From contig DAOVET010000050.1 of NCBI GenBank assembly GCA_030668825.1, positions 1-17,332 of the forward strand: a stretch of DNA of 17,332 nucleotides, read 5' to 3'. Positions within the stretch are counted from its first letter, which is position 1, and each line of letters starts with the position of its first letter. Made by a program: the position numbers and the translations under genes. This DNA is from Candidatus Heimdallarchaeota archaeon. Its GTDB lineage: Archaea > Asgardarchaeota > Heimdallarchaeia > Heimdallarchaeales > Heimdallarchaeaceae. Shown here one piece after another: positions 16,271 to 17,332 of this stretch. The notes under the pieces were generated by a model. That model was not told the origin of the DNA, did not search any database, and saw nothing but the letters and a program-made list of their open reading frames with translations.

Positions 16271-16327
16271 TGAAAATGGCTGGTGCTGCTAATTTCCAGA
16301 GGCATAATCTATCGTTGATTTGTTCTG

Positions 16328-17332
16328 TCACTTTGACAGAATCTCTTTTACTTTTTCAATTGAAATAGCTTCTTTCTTATTATTATCTCTACCAATTATA
16401 GTCGTTGCTTTTAGTAGGGAGTTGATTATAGCTTCTTCAGTTGTTTCTACTACGGCTCTTAGCAAATCTCTGAAAACCTTTATATCTTCATTTACTATTG
16501 TCATGCTCTTAGTCTTTTCTTTATTATCATGGTCGATTTTGTTTTCAGTTGAGAAAACAATTGCAATATCCCCAGAACCATGAGAACCATAACTACCAGT
16601 ATTAGCAAGCCCTAAAGGAACCCTTTTAGCTAATCTTTTCAGTTGTCTAGCACTTAATGGGGCATTAGTAGCAATTACAATTATTATTGAACCATCATCC
16701 TTTTTTGATTCTTCTTCTTTCTCACTTTCCTCAATAAACTTGGTAAAATTATGACCTAAAATTGTCAAATCATTTTTTCTACCAAAATTAGATAATACAA
16801 GAGTTCCTAGAATATATTCTGTTTCTTCATCTTTAATAACTCTAGATGAACTTCCAATGCCTCCCTTAAATCCAAGTGCTGTCATACCTGTTCCTGCGCC
16901 CACAGATCCTTCTTCAAAATCTGAAGAAGCGTTTTTTATCGCATCAAGAACATGTATCTTTTGAACATGTCTTCCTTGAATATCATTCAAATATCCATCA
17001 TGACATTCTCCTACTACAATATTTATTGTAGAAGTTTTTATTCCAATATCAGGATTCTCCTCAAGATGGTAATCTAATAAAGCATCAGTAACTTTGGAAA
17101 TGCTTAGTGTATTAGTCAATCCAATATAGGATTCAATATTTCCAAGCTCCTCAACTTGAACTAAACCAATTGTTTTTCCATACCCATTAAAGACATATGA
17201 ACTCGCTCTAACCTTATCGCGATAGATATTTCCCGAGTGAGGTTTTACTATTGTTACACCTGTTCTAATGGGTCCAAAACCTGGTTTTAATTCACCTTCT
17301 CCAGCAATTATTGTACTATGCCCAACTGTAAC
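16328..17332 (-). CDS. dmpA: P1/S58 family aminopeptidase DmpA-like (5'-truncated by window edge)
   Basis: Frame is open to the window end (VTVGHSTII...RTGVT...NGYGKTIGLVQVEELG). Contains VVGECHDG, EGSVGAGTGM, FKGGIGSSSR, autoproteolytic DG/SII site and HGSGDIAIVFST. Confidence 0.93.
   Translation of the reverse strand, partial: VTVGHSTIIAGEGELKPGFGPIRTGVTIVKPHSGNIYRDKVRASSYVFNGYGKTIGLVQVEELGNIESYIGLTNTLSISKVTDALLDYHLEENPDIGIKTSTINIVVGECHDGYLNDIQGRHVQKIHVLDAIKNASSDFEEGSVGAGTGMTALGFKGGIGSSSRVIKDEETEYILGTLVLSNFGRKNDLTILGHNFTKFIEESEKEEESKKDDGSIIIVIATNAPLSARQLKRLAKRVPLGLANTGSYGSHGSGDIAIVFSTENKIDHDNKEKTKSMTIVNEDIKVFRDLLRAVVETTEEAIINSLLKATTIIGRDNNKKEAISIEKVKEILSK

Noticed and set aside
16289-16330. 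Sec/Pyl readthrough of the dmpA TGA and the downstream in-frame TAG
   Set aside because: DmpA appears complete at its TGA, two different stops would need recoding, and no SECIS-like element or pyl/sel genes are visible.
16320-16583. 87-aa plus-strand ORF
   Set aside because: Antisense to dmpA.

Overview
AT-rich, densely coding archaeal-type chromosomal window. Promoter and RBS style, longin-domain proteins and a TM/zinc-ribbon protein point to an Asgard archaeon (inference, no database search run). Left to right: 5'-truncated Gfo/Idh/MocA oxidoreductase; extended SDR; an unannotated 55-aa membrane microprotein; two paralogous ~467-aa proteins with an N-terminal longin-like domain and a C-terminal DENN-like region, flanking a GNAT acetyltransferase and sharing an identical 13-bp promoter motif; tldD-pmbA; a single-pass membrane protein with a cytoplasmic zinc ribbon; a stand-alone 2-oxoacid dehydrogenase E2 catalytic domain; a glutaredoxin plus ferredoxin:thioredoxin reductase-like pair; NAD-dependent DNA ligase; a hypothetical protein; a TaqI-like N6-adenine methyltransferase; a possible small ORF or gene remnant; and a 5'-truncated DmpA (P1/S58) peptidase. 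No rRNA, tRNA, CRISPR array or transposase was seen. The best candidate for a novel system is the possibly co-regulated longin-DENN paralog pair with its GNAT and microprotein neighbours, which recalls eukaryotic heterodimeric small-GTPase regulators such as C9orf72-SMCR8 and FLCN-FNIP.
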